From Bryobacterales bacterium (lineage in GTDB: Bacteria > Acidobacteriota > Terriglobia > Bryobacterales > Bryobacteraceae), in the NCBI GenBank assembly GCA_963819185.1, contig CAWFVG010000003.1:223984-287983 (forward strand): a DNA stretch of 64,000 bases, in the 5' to 3' direction. Under the pieces are notes generated by a model that saw only the letters and a program-made list of their open reading frames with translations, did not search any database and was not told where the DNA came from. Of the stretch, positions 63,286 through 64,000 are shown piece by piece; within the stretch, counting starts at the first letter, position 1; each line of letters starts with the position of its first letter. A program made the translations under genes and the position numbers.

Positions 63286-63337
63286 ACTGTCACGGCCAAA
63301 CTGTCACGGGCAAATTGTCAGCGCCAAACCGTCACCG
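63268..63337. repeat. Five tandem 14-bp repeats (CCAAACTGTCACGG x3 perfect + 2 degenerate)
   Basis: Units at 63268, 63282, 63296 (identical), 63310 (GCAAATTGTCAGCG) and 63324 (CCAAACCGTCACCG). They span the DUF433 stop to the DUF5615 start. Confidence 0.95.
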
Positions 63338-63559
63338 CGAGATCAGAACTGGGTGACCGATCTCACGAGCCGCGTACTGGAGGCAGGCTTGCAAATCCTC
63401 TTGCTCCAGGTACGGAAATTCCTGGAGGATCTCCGGCCCGCTCAACCCCGCGGCGAAAAGATCGAGCACGTCGGAAACGCGCACCCGCATGCCCCGAATA
63501 CAGGGCCGGCCGCCGCACTGTTCCGCGTTGACGGTGATTCGCGATGTCAGGTCCGGCAC
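63332..63559 (-). CDS. DUF433 domain protein (putative antitoxin/HTH partner of DUF5615)
   Basis: 75 aa. ITVNAEQCGGRPCIRGMRVRVSDVLDLFAAGLSGPEILQEFPYLEQEDLQACLQYA is the DUF433 signature. Confidence 0.8.
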   Translation of the reverse strand: MPDLTSRITVNAEQCGGRPCIRGMRVRVSDVLDLFAAGLSGPEILQEFPYLEQEDLQACLQYAAREIGHPVLISR

Positions 63560-63579
63560 GCTCTCAGTGTACCCTACCG

Positions 63580-64000
63580 TTACACGCGCGCCTCAGTTGG
63601 CGTCTTCACCCAGCGCGGCGCGGAGCCGGTGTTCTGCCGCAACAGCAGGTTGAGCTGTCCCGCGTGGTGCTGGACGTGGCGCATGACGTAGAGGAGCAGC
63701 TCAGCGCGGCTCAGTTCCTGGAAACCGCTCTGGCGGCGAGCCTGCTCCGCCGTCAGGTCCTGAATCGCCGCGCGAGCCTTAGCGCGGCTGTATTCGAGAT
63801 AATTCAGCATCTCCTCTTTCGTGTACGGCCGATCCGGAAGCAGCCCGGCCGGATCGAGTTCCTCCAGCGTAAACGGAGGCGGCGGGGCAAACGTCCGTGG
63901 CGAGTCGGACATATAGTAGTCGAGGAAGAACAGCGTGTGATACACGACGTACCAGAAGCCAACGACGTCATTGTCCTTCCATGCGGGCTTCTCCGAAGGA
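63580..64000 (-). CDS. DinB family protein, 5' end beyond the window
   Basis: Hand translation shows the frame stays open upstream of the listed start (..PSEKPAWKDNDVVGFWYVVYHTLFFLDYY..). C-terminal LLLYVMRHVQHHAGQL. Confidence 0.75.
   Translation of the reverse strand, partial: PSEKPAWKDNDVVGFWYVVYHTLFFLDYYMSDSPRTFAPPPPFTLEELDPAGLLPDRPYTKEEMLNYLEYSRAKARAAIQDLTAEQARRQSGFQELSRAELLLYVMRHVQHHAGQLNLLLRQNTGSAPRWVKTPTEARV

Noticed and set aside
21747-63337. Tandem repeat arrays as CRISPR
   Set aside because: The units (14-18 bp) are directly adjacent with no unique spacers. The arrays are under 90 bp, and there are no cas genes in the window.

Overview
High-GC bacterial chromosomal segment. The gene families point to Acidobacteriota of the Solibacter/Bryobacter type: M56/BlaI pair, acidobacterial-type VWA proteins, an NHL-repeat giant protein with a Solibacter-type C-terminal domain, a PEP-CTERM protein, and a DUF1800/DUF1501 pair. 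This taxonomic call is an inference from families, not a search result. Most of the window is tightly packed housekeeping or accessory metabolism. This includes an LPS-core heptosyltransferase operon, nfeD, split transketolase, VOC/DinB genes, a ClC channel, a TetR-controlled RND efflux operon, rlmN, the tesA/ybbA/ybbP-like triad, moeA-moaC-mogA, and a LigM-like/E2/M24/cupin operon. There is one tRNA (Lys-TTT). I saw no rRNA and no CRISPR array. Four regions stand out. (1) A stand-alone UG/Abi-like (defence-type) reverse transcriptase sits on a small AT-richer islet at 3.5-5.5 kb. (2) At 16.7-25 kb, two paralogous LuxI/FeeM-like N-acyl synthase genes flank a PEP-CTERM cargo gene, next to an oxidase, a glycosyltransferase, a sensor-less HisKA_3 kinase and a LuxR-type regulator. 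(3) A decayed 3.5-kb integrative islet lies in tRNA-Lys (25.8-29.3 kb), with a 25-bp att duplication, an integrase stub, a duplicated Replic_Relax module and a RelE/AbrB toxin-antitoxin pair. (4) A DUF433/DUF5615 pair is separated by five tandem 14-bp repeats. Three otherwise intact genes each carry a single +1 frameshift, two of them in homopolymer runs, so indel errors in the sequence are a real possibility. All family assignments come from motif recognition by eye on the supplied translations. No searches were run.
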